A program made the translations under genes and the position numbers. Source: Pseudomonadota bacterium (lineage in GTDB: Bacteria; Pseudomonadota; Alphaproteobacteria; Acetobacterales; Acetobacteraceae). From it: DNA of 64,000 nt. The stretch is from assembly GCA_018240635.1 (NCBI GenBank), contig JAFEFJ010000002.1, forward strand, positions 1,251-65,250, given 5' to 3'. Positions 1-10,038 of this stretch are shown here, piece after piece (the first letter of the stretch is position 1; each line of letters opens with the position of its first letter). The notes under the pieces were generated by a model. The model saw only the letters and a list, made by a program, of their open reading frames with translations, was not told where the DNA came from and did no database searches.

Positions 1-167
<167 letters not shown>

Positions 168-176
168 TCAGCGTCG

Positions 177-365
177 CTACCGCGTCACAGACGGCGGGAG
201 CGGAGCCATTTGCGAGATGCTCGCATGCGCGCGCGGTCCTTCGAGCCAGTTGAACCGGTCCGTGCTGAGCAGGATGAAGTGGATCAGCAGGGCCAGAACA
301 AACAGGAAGATGAACAGCGCCACGAGAGCACGGCGCGGATCGAAGATCAGCCAGATACGCCACAT
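177..365 (-). CDS. pufA: Light-harvesting 1 (B870/B880) alpha polypeptide
   Basis: 62-aa [46 protein letters not shown]..., with the typical LH1-alpha single TM helix, BChl-ligand His and NWLEG motif. GGAGG SD 6 nt upstream. Follows pufB. Confidence 0.95.
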   Translation of the reverse strand: MWRIWLIFDPRRALVALFIFLFVLALLIHFILLSTDRFNWLEGPRAHASISQMAPLPPSVTR

Positions 366-376
366 GTCAGCGCCTC

Positions 377-586
377 CTACGCCAGGAACGTTTTGACGTA
401 GGCCACACCGTCAAGCAGCGACGTGTAGCCCTTGGGGCCGGGGAGCCATGGCCGCCATTGCCAAGCCAGGATATGCGCAATGACTGCAACGATGACGAAC
501 GCAATGAAGCTCGTCATGAAGATGCGGTGGAACTCCCGCGCCTCCGCTTCCGTCAACCCCGATGACGAGGTCGTTCTGTCAGACAT
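377..586 (-). CDS. pufB: Light-harvesting 1 beta polypeptide
   Basis: From ATG 586: [50 protein letters not shown]..., the LH1-beta signature (EFH..., AH..W.WRPW). GGAGG sits upstream of this ATG. The track ORF start at 664 is an unlikely 26-aa extension. Confidence 0.95.
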   Translation of the reverse strand: MSDRTTSSSGLTEAEAREFHRIFMTSFIAFVIVAVIAHILAWQWRPWLPGPKGYTSLLDGVAYVKTFLA

Positions 587-718
587 CTCTTGAACCTCCA
601 GAGCACTCCGTTCGGTAGCCCCCGCGATCTCTCGCAGAGGTATCGCCGTGGGTTTGGAAGCCACGGCTCGCCCCGCGCGGCACAGCCGGTCGGGAACGAG
701 GGGGGGCGCGAAGGGCGG

Positions 719-2143
719 TCATGCCTGCTCCTCCGCTTGCAATCGGGCTTCGGTCACCTCGGTCGCGCCGGCGGCGCGGGCCGCATGCTCCGCGCTTTCG
801 CGCAGGCGCTTGGCGGCCGAGATGCGAAGCAGGAAAGGTTCCGCGGAAACCTTCTCCTCGAGACGTTCGAGGGCGCGGCGGTCCCACGCGAGCGGCTCGC
901 GCGCCGGCGTGGGGTCGATCTTGTCGAGGTCGGTGCCGAGCGGCAGGATGTGGAACAGCGCGTCGAACAGCGCGTTGCAGTATTCCTGCAGCACGTAGGT
1001 CGCGCCCGCATAGCCCATGAACGGCGTGCCAGTCGCGCGGCGGATCAGCGCGCCGGGGAAGGATGCGGGGATGTAGATCGACCGAGCCCCGCACTCGGCG
1101 GCATACATGCGCTCGTTGTAGGACCCGAACAGAACAAGGGAGTGGCTGGTGCGGATCGCCTCGCGCACCGCGGCGTTGTCGGTCTTCTCGCCCGGCTTGC
1201 GCGCGAAGGCGAAGGCACAGGGAATCCCAAGCTCCTCCTCCAGGAACCGGCGCAGCCCCTTCACGTAGGTCTCGGTCGCCACCACCGCGAACGGCGCGGA
1301 GGCGAAGAAGTCCTGCGTGACGCTGCGCCACAGGTCCCATACCGGCTTTATCGTCGTGTGCTTCTCGCGCGCGATGAACGGCTCGGGATCGAGGCCGGTC
1401 AGCTCGCCCAGGCTGCGCAGGAAGTTCGTCGTCGCGAACACGCCGATCGGCGCCTGCAGATACGGCTTGCCGAGTTCCTCGCACAGCTTGCGGCCGAACT
1501 CGCGGTAGAGGCAGACATTCACGTCCGCCTCGGCCAGGCGTGGGATGTCCTCCACATGCGCGCCCAGCGGGAAGGTCAGATTCACCTCGCAGCCGATGCC
1601 CTCGACCAGGCGCCGGATCTCCGCGAGGTCCGACGGCATGTTGAATGTACCGTAGATCGGCCCGATCAGGTTGACGCGCGGCTTCGCGCCCTCGGGGCGG
1701 GGCTTCGCCTTGCGCGCGCGCTTGGCGCCGAACTCGGTCCACAGCCAGTTGATTGCGCGGTCCGCGCTCTGCCACTGGTCCTCGTCGATCGTGCGCGGGA
1801 TGAAGCGCAGCAGGTTGGAGCCTTCCGGCGTCACGCCGCCGCCGATCATCTCGGCGATGCTGCCCGTCACCACCACCGCCGGCAGATCCGGATCCTGCGT
1901 CGCGGCCGCCCGGCGCAGCGAATCCTCCGTGCCGGTCATCGAAAGCTGGTCTTCGGAAAGTCCCGTGACCACGATCGGCAGCTCGTGCGGCGGCAGCCCA
2001 TCGGTGTAGTGCAGCACCGCCGTCACCGGCAGGTTCTCGCACCCCACGGGCCCGTCGATCACCACGCGCAGGCCGCGCACCGCGGTGAACGCGTAGACAG
2101 CGCCCCAGTAGCCGCCCGCCCGGTCGTGATCGAGAACCAGCAT
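719..2143 (-). CDS. bchZ: Chlorophyllide a reductase subunit Z
   Basis: From ATG 2143: [40 protein letters not shown]..., BchZ/nitrogenase-like. Synteny bchCXYZ-pufBA. Confidence 0.95.
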   Translation of the reverse strand: MLVLDHDRAGGYWGAVYAFTAVRGLRVVIDGPVGCENLPVTAVLHYTDGLPPHELPIVVTGLSEDQLSMTGTEDSLRRAAATQDPDLPAVVVTGSIAEMIGGGVTPEGSNLLRFIPRTIDEDQWQSADRAINWLWTEFGAKRARKAKPRPEGAKPRVNLIGPIYGTFNMPSDLAEIRRLVEGIGCEVNLTFPLGAHVEDIPRLAEADVNVCLYREFGRKLCEELGKPYLQAPIGVFATTNFLRSLGELTGLDPEPFIAREKHTTIKPVWDLWRSVTQDFFASAPFAVVATETYVKGLRRFLEEELGIPCAFAFARKPGEKTDNAAVREAIRTSHSLVLFGSYNERMYAAECGARSIYIPASFPGALIRRATGTPFMGYAGATYVLQEYCNALFDALFHILPLGTDLDKIDPTPAREPLAWDRRALERLEEKVSAEPFLLRISAAKRLRESAEHAARAAGATEVTEARLQAEEQA

Positions 2144-2145
2144 CG

Positions 2146-3633
2146 CTACGTGCCCACCGCTTCGTTGGCCCGCTGCCGCGCTTCGCGCATCTTGCGCATG
2201 CGATCGCGCAGGCCCGGCGGATCGGACGGAACGTCCTTCCATCCGTAACCGGCGGCCTCTCCGGTGCCGACGCCCGAGAAGAAACCCACCATCTGAGAGA
2301 AGCGCTCGCGCCCGCGCGTCTGCGCCGCGACGATGCCGGCAAGCGCCGCGGCTCCCGCCGCGCCGAACAGCGGGCGGGAGGAAACCATGTTGGTGAAATA
2401 CACGGCCGGCGTTCCAGCCTGCTTTGCGGCCTGCACCAGCGGTGTCGTGCCCACCGCGAGATCGGGCCGCACCTCGCGCATCGCCGCGACATCCTGCTCG
2501 AGCGAGGCGCGGTACTGCACATGCGCGCCGTGCGCCGCGAGCCAGGCGCGGTCGACCTCGCTCCATTCGGTGCGCGGGCAGGCCGTGCCGACATAGGGAA
2601 CCTCGGCGCCCGCCTCGATCAGCAGGCGCGCGACCAGCAGCTCCGATCCCTCGTAGCCCGCGACGGTGATGCGGGCATTGATCGGATTGGCCGCCAGCGC
2701 GTTGCGGATCGCGGGAAGGGCGGCAGCCTTCGCGGCGTCGATCCGTTCGGCGGAAACATTCGCGGCGGCGCCGATCGCGGACAGCCACGCGTCGGTACCC
2801 TCCACGCCGACCGGACCCGAGCCGACGACGGGCCTCCCGGCCGCATGGAACTCGCGCACGGATGCTGTGTAGAACGGATGCACCGCCGCCGCGGCGACGC
2901 AGTCGAGCGCGCCGTACAGGTCGCGCCACTCGCGCGCGGGAATCTGCGGCGCGATGCCGAGCCCCATCGGGGCCAGCATCGCGCCGACGCCCATCGGATC
3001 GGCGGGGAACAGCTCGCCGATCAACGCAATGCGACCGTCGTCGCCGGAAAGCGCCCGCGGGCGCGCGACCGGCCCGCGCTCGGCCTCGGTGCGCGCGTAG
3101 CGCAGCATGGCGCCGGCCAGCACATCCTTCGCTTCGGCATGCGTCGGCACGCCGAAGCCGGGCACATCGATGCCGATGATGCGCACCCCGTCGATCTGCT
3201 TCGGCAGCCGGTCGAGCGGCACGCCGGACGCGGTGGGCACGCACAGATTGATGACGACCACCGCATCGTATTTCGCCGGGTCGGCCACTTCCCGGACCGC
3301 CTTGCGGATGTCCTCGAACAGCGCGCCGGTCACCAACGTCTCGGAGTTGAACGGCACGTATCCCACCGTCCGGCGGGCGCCGTAGAAGTGCGATGTGAAG
3401 GTCAGACCGTAAACGCAGCAGGCCGAGCCGCTCAGGATCGTCGCGACGCGCCGCATCCGCAGCCCGACGCGCAGGCTGCCGAAGGCCGGGCACATCGACT
3501 GCGGCTGATCGTGCGGCCCGCGCGGATAGGTGGCGAGCAGGCTTTCCATCTGCTCCGCCTTGCCCGCCGCGGCGGCGGCGGCCAGCAGCGTCTCGCGCCC
3601 GCCGTGACAGCCATGATCGCTGCCGTCCGGCAT
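2146..3633 (-). CDS. bchY: Chlorophyllide a reductase subunit Y
   Basis: From ATG 3633: [12 protein letters not shown]...[44 protein letters not shown]..., BchY-like. Its start overlaps the bchX stop by 1 nt (TGATG). Confidence 0.95.
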   Translation of the reverse strand: MPDGSDHGCHGGRETLLAAAAAAGKAEQMESLLATYPRGPHDQPQSMCPAFGSLRVGLRMRRVATILSGSACCVYGLTFTSHFYGARRTVGYVPFNSETLVTGALFEDIRKAVREVADPAKYDAVVVINLCVPTASGVPLDRLPKQIDGVRIIGIDVPGFGVPTHAEAKDVLAGAMLRYARTEAERGPVARPRALSGDDGRIALIGELFPADPMGVGAMLAPMGLGIAPQIPAREWRDLYGALDCVAAAAVHPFYTASVREFHAAGRPVVGSGPVGVEGTDAWLSAIGAAANVSAERIDAAKAAALPAIRNALAANPINARITVAGYEGSELLVARLLIEAGAEVPYVGTACPRTEWSEVDRAWLAAHGAHVQYRASLEQDVAAMREVRPDLAVGTTPLVQAAKQAGTPAVYFTNMVSSRPLFGAAGAAALAGIVAAQTRGRERFSQMVGFFSGVGTGEAAGYGWKDVPSDPPGLRDRMRKMREARQRANEAVGT

Positions 3634-4574
3634 CACACGCCCTCGTAGACGATTTCGAGCGAGGGCTTCTCGATCGTTGCCGTGGCGCACATGTCCGCGA
3701 TGGTCGCAGGATCGAGCACGACGTCGCGCCCCACCGCCTGGCTCGAGAACAGGTTGAGCAGCTTGTCCTGCGTCAGCGGCGTCGGGCGCAGCGGCGGCGC
3801 GGTCGCGACCTGCATGCCCAGTTCCTCGAACAGGCTCGCCCAACGCCCGCCCGGCTTGCCGATGATTTCGTAGTTGGCGCTCTTGCGGCGGATGTCGTCG
3901 TCGGCAGGGATCGACGCCAGCACCGGGATGCCGGCCGCCGCTGCGAAGGCATGCGCCTCGCCCGTGCCGTCGTCCTTGTTCACCACCAAGCCGGCGACGC
4001 CGACATTCCCGCCCATCTTGCGGAAATACTCGACCGCCGAGCAGACGTTGTTCGCAACGTACAGCGATTGCAGGTCGTTGGAGCCGACCACGATCACCTT
4101 CTGGCACATATCGCGCGCGATCGGCAGGCCGAAGCCGCCACACACCACGTCGCCCAGGAAGTCGAGCAGGACGTAGTCGAAATCCCATTGATGGAAGCCG
4201 AGCTTCTCCAGGAGCTCGAAGCCGTGGATGATGCCGCGGCCGCCGCAGCCGCGCCCCACCTCGGGGCCGCCCAGCTCCATCGCGAAGACGCCGTCGCGCT
4301 TGAAACAAACATCGCCGATGGCGACCGACTCGCCGGCTGCCTTCTTGCGCGAAGACGTCTCGATGATGGTGGGGCAGCTGCGTCCGCCGAACAGCAGCGA
4401 CGTGGTGTCGCTCTTGGGGTCGCAGCCGATCAGCAGCACGCGCTTGCCCTGCTGCGCCATCATGTAGCTGAGGTTCGCAAGCGTGAAGCTCTTGCCGATC
4501 CCTCCCTTGCCGTAGATCGCGATGATCTGCGTCTTGCTCTCGGACGGCGCGACGGGTTCGACAGCGGCGTTCAT
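3633..4574 (-). CDS. bchX: Chlorophyllide a reductase iron protein subunit X
   Basis: MNAAVEP...[42 protein letters not shown]..., NifH/BchL-family P-loop with Cys ligands (CGGFG). ATGA overlap with the bchC stop. Confidence 0.95.
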   Translation of the reverse strand: MNAAVEPVAPSESKTQIIAIYGKGGIGKSFTLANLSYMMAQQGKRVLLIGCDPKSDTTSLLFGGRSCPTIIETSSRKKAAGESVAIGDVCFKRDGVFAMELGGPEVGRGCGGRGIIHGFELLEKLGFHQWDFDYVLLDFLGDVVCGGFGLPIARDMCQKVIVVGSNDLQSLYVANNVCSAVEYFRKMGGNVGVAGLVVNKDDGTGEAHAFAAAAGIPVLASIPADDDIRRKSANYEIIGKPGGRWASLFEELGMQVATAPPLRPTPLTQDKLLNLFSSQAVGRDVVLDPATIADMCATATIEKPSLEIVYEGV

Positions 4575-5491
4575 GCGTGGCCCTTCCAATCGAGCACCAT
4601 CTTCAGGCAGGCGGGATCGCCGAAGGCAATGCGGTAGGCTTCTTCCGCCGCTGCGGCCGGACGGCGGTGCGTCACCAGCCCGTCGAGCGACAGCTTCCCT
4701 TCGTCGAGCAGACGCCGGACGAGGGCGAGATCGTCGGGCCGCCATTCGGCGGCGATGCGCAGCCGCGCCTCGCGCATGAAGGCGGGCGCGAATGCGAACG
4801 AGAGGGGCTCGGCGTAGAAACCGGCCAGCACCACCTCGCCGCCGGGGGCGAGGCGGGCGATCAGCGTGTCGAGCAGGCCGGCAGCGCCGCTCGCGTCGTA
4901 GATCGAATAATAGTCGCGCCGCGGATCGGTATCGGGTGCAACCACCGTGTAGCCTTCCGCGCCGTCGTGCCGCAGCGGCGCGTTTTCCCACACGGTCGGC
5001 GGCGGCGCGCCGAGCGCGATGGCGATGCGCGCGATCAGGCGCCCCACCACGCCGTGCCCCACGATCAGATCGGGAAGGCGCGCGCCTTCCAACGAAAGCG
5101 CATGCGCGGCGGTCGCCGCGAGGGCGAGCAGGACGCCGTGCTCGTCGGCCTCGCTGTCACGCAGCTTCACCGTGCGCGCCTCGGCCACCACGAGTCGCGC
5201 CGCAGCACCTCCGAACAGGCCGCGGATGGGCCCGAAGCAGCGCGCGCCGGGGACGAACACCCGCTGGCCGGACTGGGCGATCCGGCCCACCGACTCGTAT
5301 CCCGGCACCAGCGGGTAGCCCATGCCCGGAAACGACGGCATCCGCCCCGTCCAGAACAGGCGCTCGGTTCCGGCGCTGATGCCGCTGCAGGTCACGTCGA
5401 CGACGACCTCGTTTTCCGCCGGCTCACAGAGCTGAACCCTGCTGAACGATAGCTGTTCCGGCGCGTGCATAACCACCGCGGTCGTTTCCAT
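4571..5491 (-). CDS. bchC: 3-hydroxyethyl bacteriochlorophyllide a dehydrogenase
   Basis: From ATG 5491: [21 protein letters not shown]...[40 protein letters not shown]..., Zn-ADH-like BchC. GGGGGAG SD upstream. Heads the bchCXYZ-puf unit. Confidence 0.9.
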   Translation of the reverse strand: METTAVVMHAPEQLSFSRVQLCEPAENEVVVDVTCSGISAGTERLFWTGRMPSFPGMGYPLVPGYESVGRIAQSGQRVFVPGARCFGPIRGLFGGAAARLVVAEARTVKLRDSEADEHGVLLALAATAAHALSLEGARLPDLIVGHGVVGRLIARIAIALGAPPPTVWENAPLRHDGAEGYTVVAPDTDPRRDYYSIYDASGAAGLLDTLIARLAPGGEVVLAGFYAEPLSFAFAPAFMREARLRIAAEWRPDDLALVRRLLDEGKLSLDGLVTHRRPAAAAEEAYRIAFGDPACLKMVLDWKGHA

Positions 5492-5506
5492 GGGTACTCC
5501 CCCAGA

Positions 5507-5524
5507 TGTCAACCTATCCTTACT
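5507..5524. promoter_or_regulatory. Degenerate second PpsR half-site partner upstream of bchC
   Basis: TGTCAACCTATCCTTACT has a perfect TGTCAA left arm and a degenerate right arm. It starts exactly 26 bp from the perfect site (18 bp + 8 bp spacer), the paired-palindrome spacing known for bchC promoters. Confidence 0.3.
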
Positions 5525-5532
5525 CATTGGCA

Positions 5533-5550
5533 TGTCAAGACCAATTAACA
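5533..5550. promoter_or_regulatory. PpsR/CrtJ-type operator TGT-N12-ACA upstream of bchC
   Basis: TGTCAAGACCAATTAACA read directly, 42-59 nt upstream of the bchC ATG in the bchC-crtF spacer. A ppsR gene is present in the window. Confidence 0.6.
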
Positions 5551-5581
5551 CGAAGACATGTCGCGACAGGCGCCATCAGTG

Positions 5582-6688
5582 TCATGTGGCAACAATGATG
5601 CTGGTGATGATGGGCGTGCGCGTGCGCAGCGTCCGGACGCGCGAAAACCCTGCTTGTCGCGCCAGCGCCGCGGTTTCATCGGCCGTGCGCGGCGCGCCGC
5701 TGCCCATCGCGAGCAGGTAGAAGCCGAAATACGCATCGCCCATGCGCTCCGCGCCGCGCACGCCCGCCATCGGCTCGGCGATCAGCAACGTGCCCCCTTG
5801 CGGCAGCGCCGCGCGGGCGGTGCGCAGGATCGCCAGCGCCTCTTCCTCGTCGTGGTCGTGCAGGACTCGGATCAGCGTGACGATGTCGGCGTCCTGCGGC
5901 GGCGAGTCGCGGCGCATGTCGCCGCCCGTGACCGATGCTTTCGGCACCACCGAAGCGGCGCGCGCCGCCACCGCCGGCAGGTCGAACAACATCAGTTTCA
6001 ATTGCGGCGCATGTGCCGCGACGGCGGCCAGGAACCGGCCTTCGCCGCCGCCAAGATCCAACAGGCAGCGGTGCCGGGTGAAGTCGTAGGCGGCAAGAAT
6101 CTCTTCCGCGACCATCGGAAGCGAGGCCGCCATCAGCTTGGAATAGGACGCGACCTGATCGTCGCGCAGCGCTGCCGGCGCGGCGCCTGTCGCATAGGGC
6201 CAGAACGACGCCAGCGCGCCCTCCGCCGTTCCGCCGCGCAGCAGCGCCACGGGATCGCCGAGATCGGCATACAGCATCGCGTGATGCGCAATCATCGCCG
6301 TCACACCGTCGTTGCCGATCAGCGCCGCGCCCAGCGCCGTCAGCTTGTAGCGGCCGCCGCGCGCGGATTTGACCAGCCCGAGCGCCGCCGCGCCCCGCAG
6401 CAGCCGCTCCGTCGCAGAAACGGTCAGGCCGAGTCGCGGCGCAAGCGCCGCCGTGCCCTGCGCGCCTTCCGCCAGGATCTCGAACAGCCGCAGCCGCACG
6501 CAGGCCAGCAGGATCTGCGAATAGACAAAGCCCGCGCACAGATCGAACAGAGCGCGCGAATGCCGCCGCGCAATCGGGCGCGTCAGGGGAAAGGCCGTGG
6601 CAAGACGGCGGAACCGTGGGTTGGCGAGCAGCCTGTCGAGCCAGCCGGCCCGCGCCGAGGACAACACCGCCGGCGCGGCAGCTGTCAT
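5582..6688 (-). CDS. crtF: Demethylspheroidene/hydroxyneurosporene O-methyltransferase
   Basis: 368-aa ORF with a C-terminal class I SAM-MTase motif (LLDLGGGEGRFL) and an N-terminal dimerisation-type domain. Synteny crtE-crtF-bchC. Confidence 0.9.
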   Translation of the reverse strand: MTAAAPAVLSSARAGWLDRLLANPRFRRLATAFPLTRPIARRHSRALFDLCAGFVYSQILLACVRLRLFEILAEGAQGTAALAPRLGLTVSATERLLRGAAALGLVKSARGGRYKLTALGAALIGNDGVTAMIAHHAMLYADLGDPVALLRGGTAEGALASFWPYATGAAPAALRDDQVASYSKLMAASLPMVAEEILAAYDFTRHRCLLDLGGGEGRFLAAVAAHAPQLKLMLFDLPAVAARAASVVPKASVTGGDMRRDSPPQDADIVTLIRVLHDHDEEEALAILRTARAALPQGGTLLIAEPMAGVRGAERMGDAYFGFYLLAMGSGAPRTADETAALARQAGFSRVRTLRTRTPIITSIIVAT

Positions 6689-6689
6689 C

Positions 6690-7562
6690 TCACGCAGCGT
6701 GCGCCGGCAGCCGCGCCGGCATCAGGCGGCGCGTTTCGGAGAGGATCACGGAGCGCAACTCCGCGCCGCCGGGGCAATCCGGCACCGCCGCCACCGCGGC
6801 ATCCGCGAGCACTCGTAGCCGCTCCACCGCACCGGCCAGCCCAAGCGCGGCGACCGCGTTCGGCCGTCCCAGCGCGCGGTCCTTGCCGACCGGCTTGCCG
6901 ATTTCCGCCTCGTCGGAAATCGCGTCACGCAGATCGTCCGCGACCTGGTACGCCTCGCCCAGCCGCTCGCCCAGCAGCCGCCACGAATCGACGGAAGCCG
7001 ATCCCGCCGCCGCCGCGCCCGCCAGCGTCGCGCCCGCGAACAGCGATCCCGTCTTCGCTTGGTGATAGCGCGCCAGATCGACCGCCGGCTCGCTTTCCCA
7101 GGCCTGCCCGGCGGCGATCCCGCAGGGCATCCCGACCGACTCGGCCACGATCAGCGTGACCTCGCCAAGCCGGGCCGGCGCGAGCCGCGCGGCGCGCGCC
7201 AGAGTCTGGAAGGCCAGCACGATCAGCGCGTCGCCCGCCAGCACCGCGATATCCTGGCCGAATGTCTTGTGAACCGTCGGCCTGCCGCGGCGCGTCGCCG
7301 CATCGTCGAAGCAGGGCAGGTCGTCATGCACCAACGATGCACAGTGCATCAGTTCGATCGCCACCGCCGCGGCCACCGACAGTTCGGGCGCGTCGTCGCC
7401 GCAGGCGCGCGCTACCGCCAGGCACAGCCGCGGACGGATGCGCGCACCGCGCGGGAACACCGAGTGCCGCATCGCGGCGGCCAGCCGGGGCGGCGCGCCA
7501 GCCGCTCCCGCATCCCCGAGCGCAGTTTCCAAGGCACGCTCGATCCGGCTTACGGCGTCCAT
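6690..7562 (-). CDS. crtE: Geranylgeranyl diphosphate synthase
   Basis: From ATG 7562: MDAVSRIE... Contains both polyprenyl synthase Asp-rich motifs (LVHDDLPCFDD and YQVADDLRD). The track start at 7583 is a TTG. Confidence 0.9.
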   Translation of the reverse strand: MDAVSRIERALETALGDAGAAGAPPRLAAAMRHSVFPRGARIRPRLCLAVARACGDDAPELSVAAAVAIELMHCASLVHDDLPCFDDAATRRGRPTVHKTFGQDIAVLAGDALIVLAFQTLARAARLAPARLGEVTLIVAESVGMPCGIAAGQAWESEPAVDLARYHQAKTGSLFAGATLAGAAAAGSASVDSWRLLGERLGEAYQVADDLRDAISDEAEIGKPVGKDRALGRPNAVAALGLAGAVERLRVLADAAVAAVPDCPGGAELRSVILSETRRLMPARLPAHAA

Positions 7563-7602
7563 CCGGCGTCCTCCGAGTGTCAACTCTTATTGTCACTCAA
7601 AG

Positions 7603-7620
7603 TGTCATGCAGTACTGACA
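7603..7620. promoter_or_regulatory. PpsR/CrtJ-type operator in the divergent crtE/crtD promoter region
   Basis: TGTCATGCAGTACTGACA is a perfect TGT-N12-ACA with TGTCA/TGACA arms, located in the 92-bp crtE-crtD spacer. Confidence 0.6.
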
Positions 7621-7654
7621 TTCAAGTCAATGGGAAACCCGGCGCGATGATCTC

Positions 7655-9178
7655 ATGAGCCCACCCCGCGTCGTGGTGATCGGAGCGGGCATCGGCGGAC
7701 TCGCCGCCGCGTTCCTGCTGTCGGCGCGCGGGCTGCGCGTGACGCTGCTCGATCGCGCCGGCATCGGCGGCAAGATCCGCACCGTCGATGCCGGCGGCGC
7801 CGCCGTGGATAGCGGGCCCACCGTGTTCACCATGCGCTGGGTGTTCGACGAACTCCTCGCCGATGCCGGAATGCGGCTCGACGATGTCCTCACGCTGCGC
7901 CCGCTCGACATCCTCGCGCGCCACGCATGGAGCGCGACGGAGCGGCTCGACTTGTTCGCCGACGAACGCCGCTCCTCCGATGCAATCGGCGCCTTCGCCG
8001 GCGCGCGCGAAGCCGCCGGCTACCGCGCCTTCTGCGATCGCGCGCGGCGCATCTACGGCACGCTCGAAACCGCGTTCATCAAGTCTCCCGCGCCAACGCC
8101 GCTGTCGCTCGCGCGCAAAGCGGGGCTGGGCGGTCTCGTGAATCTGCTCGGCGTGTCGCCCTTCACCTCGCTGTGGCGCGCGCTCAAGGACAATTTCAGC
8201 GACCCTCGGCTGCTGCAGCTGTTCGGCCGCTATTCCACCTATTGCGGCGCATCCCCCTTCGACGCTCCCGCGACGCTGATGCTCATCGCGCATGTCGAAC
8301 AGCGCGGCGTGTGGTCGGTCGAAGGCGGCATGGCAGCACTGCCCGCCACGCTCGCGCGCCTTGCCGAATCGGCCGGCGCGCGGATCCGCACCGAAACAGA
8401 GGTCGACGCGATCGCCATCCGCAACGGCCGCGCCGCCGGTGTCGTGCTTGCGGACGGCGAGCGGATCGAAGCCGATGCGGTGATCTGCAACGCCGATATC
8501 CGCGCGGTGTCCGCGGGCCGGTTCGGCGCGGAGGCAGGCCGCGCCGTTCCCTCCCAGCGCGATGCGGCGCGCTCCCTCTCGGCGGTCACCTGGTCGATGC
8601 GCGCCTCCACGCGCGGTTTTCCGCTGTCGCGGCACAACGTGTTCTTCGCCACCGACTACGCCGCCGAGTTTTCCGATATTTTCGCGCGCAACCGCCTGCC
8701 GGCCGATCCCACCATCTATGTCTGCGCGCAGGACCGCGACGGCGGCGGCTGCGCCCCGCAAAGCGCCGAACGTCTCTTCTGTCTGGTCAATGCGCCGCCA
8801 TGCCCCATCCCAGGGCCGGAGATCGAGCAATGCGAGAGAACGACATTCGCGCGCCTGGAACGTGCGGGGCTGGAGATCGCGGCGCCTCCGCAAGCGGTGC
8901 GGCGAACGACGCCGATGGAGTTCGGAACGATGTTCCCCGAGACGCAGGGGGCGCTCTACGGCCGGGCGCTGCATGGCTGGGCGGAGTCGTTCAAGCGCCC
9001 GGCGAGCCGGACGAATCTGCCGGGCCTGTATCTGGCGGGCGGCAGCGTCCATCCGGGTCCGGGCGTGCCGATGGCGGCGCTGTCGGGCCGGATGGCGGCG
9101 GAGAGCCTGCTGGCCGACCTCGCTTCGACGCGCCGGTTCCACCCGGCGGCTACGCCTGGTGGTACGTCGATGCGCTGA
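7655..9178 (+). CDS. crtD: Hydroxyneurosporene/methoxyneurosporene 3,4-desaturase
   Basis: MSPPRVVVIGAGIGGLAAAFLL... FAD dinucleotide fold. CrtI-family length (507 aa). C-terminal ...GGSVHPGPGVPMAALSG... motif. Followed by crtC. Confidence 0.9.
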   Translation: MSPPRVVVIGAGIGGLAAAFLLSARGLRVTLLDRAGIGGKIRTVDAGGAAVDSGPTVFTMRWVFDELLADAGMRLDDVLTLRPLDILARHAWSATERLDLFADERRSSDAIGAFAGAREAAGYRAFCDRARRIYGTLETAFIKSPAPTPLSLARKAGLGGLVNLLGVSPFTSLWRALKDNFSDPRLLQLFGRYSTYCGASPFDAPATLMLIAHVEQRGVWSVEGGMAALPATLARLAESAGARIRTETEVDAIAIRNGRAAGVVLADGERIEADAVICNADIRAVSAGRFGAEAGRAVPSQRDAARSLSAVTWSMRASTRGFPLSRHNVFFATDYAAEFSDIFARNRLPADPTIYVCAQDRDGGGCAPQSAERLFCLVNAPPCPIPGPEIEQCERTTFARLERAGLEIAAPPQAVRRTTPMEFGTMFPETQGALYGRALHGWAESFKRPASRTNLPGLYLAGGSVHPGPGVPMAALSGRMAAESLLADLASTRRFHPAATPGGTSMR

Positions 9179-10035
9179 GCGACGACGGCGCGCACGCGCT
9201 CACCATCATCGTCTTCATCGGCAGCGTCTTCTCGCCCTACTACGCCTGGGCCCGCCGCCGGCGCGGCGCGGCATCCGTCCCCGCCGAGCGCTACTGCGCG
9301 GTGAACGCCGTTCTCTATGGCCCGCGCGGCAAGCGCTGGGCGATGACTGAGCGCGGCGCGTCCGCCCTTTCGCGCGACGAGGATTTCATTCGCATCGGCG
9401 GGAGCGGCATGTCGTGGGAGGACGGCCGTCTGTCCATCTCGATCGACGAAGTGACCGTGCCGTTCCCCACGCGCCTGCGCGGGCTGATCGTCCTGCATCC
9501 GTCCGCACTAGGCCGGGCGTCCTACGCGCTCGATCCGGCCGGGCGCCATCGCTGGATGCCGCTGGCACCCAGCGCCCGCGCCGAGGTTTCGTTCGACTCG
9601 CCATCGCTGCGCTGGTCCGGGAACGCCTATTTCGATACCAACGCAGGCGCGGCCCCGCTGGAATCGGATTTCCTGCACTGGAGCTGGAGCCGGCAGCAGG
9701 ATTCGGAAGGCACCACGACCGTGCTCTACGACGTCGCGTGCCGCGACGGCACGGCGCGCGGCCTCGCCCTGCGCTACGATCCAAGCGGCGAGGTCAGCCA
9801 CATCGCGCCTCCGCCCTGGCGCACGCTTCGCCGCACGCTGTGGGGCCTCGGCCGCGCCACGCGCGGCGATGGCGGCGTCCGCGTCGAACGCACGCTGGAG
9901 GACACGCCGTTCTACGCCCGCTCGGTCCTCGCGACGGATCGCGGGCCGGCGGTCCACGAGATGCTGTCGCTGAACCGGTTCCGCGCGCCCCTGGTGCAAG
10001 CGATGCTGTCGTTCCGGATGCCGCGCCGGGGCTGA
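9121..10035 (+). CDS. crtC: Acyclic carotenoid 1,2-hydratase (start codon unresolved; coordinates begin at the first conserved residues)
   Basis: Frame-1 translation RFDAPVPPGGYAWWYVDALSDDGAHALTIIVFIGSVFSPYYAWARRR... matches the CrtC N-terminal signature as I recall it. There is no ATG/GTG/TTG in frame between ATG 8830 and this motif; only CTG at 8977 and CTG at 9175. Stop at 10033-10035. Confidence 0.8.
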   Translation, partial: RFDAPVPPGGYAWWYVDALSDDGAHALTIIVFIGSVFSPYYAWARRRRGAASVPAERYCAVNAVLYGPRGKRWAMTERGASALSRDEDFIRIGGSGMSWEDGRLSISIDEVTVPFPTRLRGLIVLHPSALGRASYALDPAGRHRWMPLAPSARAEVSFDSPSLRWSGNAYFDTNAGAAPLESDFLHWSWSRQQDSEGTTTVLYDVACRDGTARGLALRYDPSGEVSHIAPPPWRTLRRTLWGLGRATRGDGGVRVERTLEDTPFYARSVLATDRGPAVHEMLSLNRFRAPLVQAMLSFRMPRRG

Positions 10036-10038
10036 GGC

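Noticed and set aside
377-664. 95-aa version of PufB starting at ATG 664
   Set aside because: The GGAGG SD precedes ATG 586, and LH1-beta polypeptides are about 45-70 aa. The extra 26 residues are not LH-like.
587-718. Possible pufQ between bchZ and pufB
   Set aside because: No ORF of suitable length or hydrophobicity is in the 132-nt spacer. There is also no TGT-N12-ACA site (no TGT at all on the plus strand here).
8830-9120. Extending crtC to ATG 8830 (401 aa, 349-nt overlap with crtD)
   Set aside because: The added segment (MRENDIRAPGTCGAGDRGASASG...) is low-complexity and is the off-frame reading of well-conserved CrtD sequence. It is kept as an open possibility in the findings rather than as the annotation.
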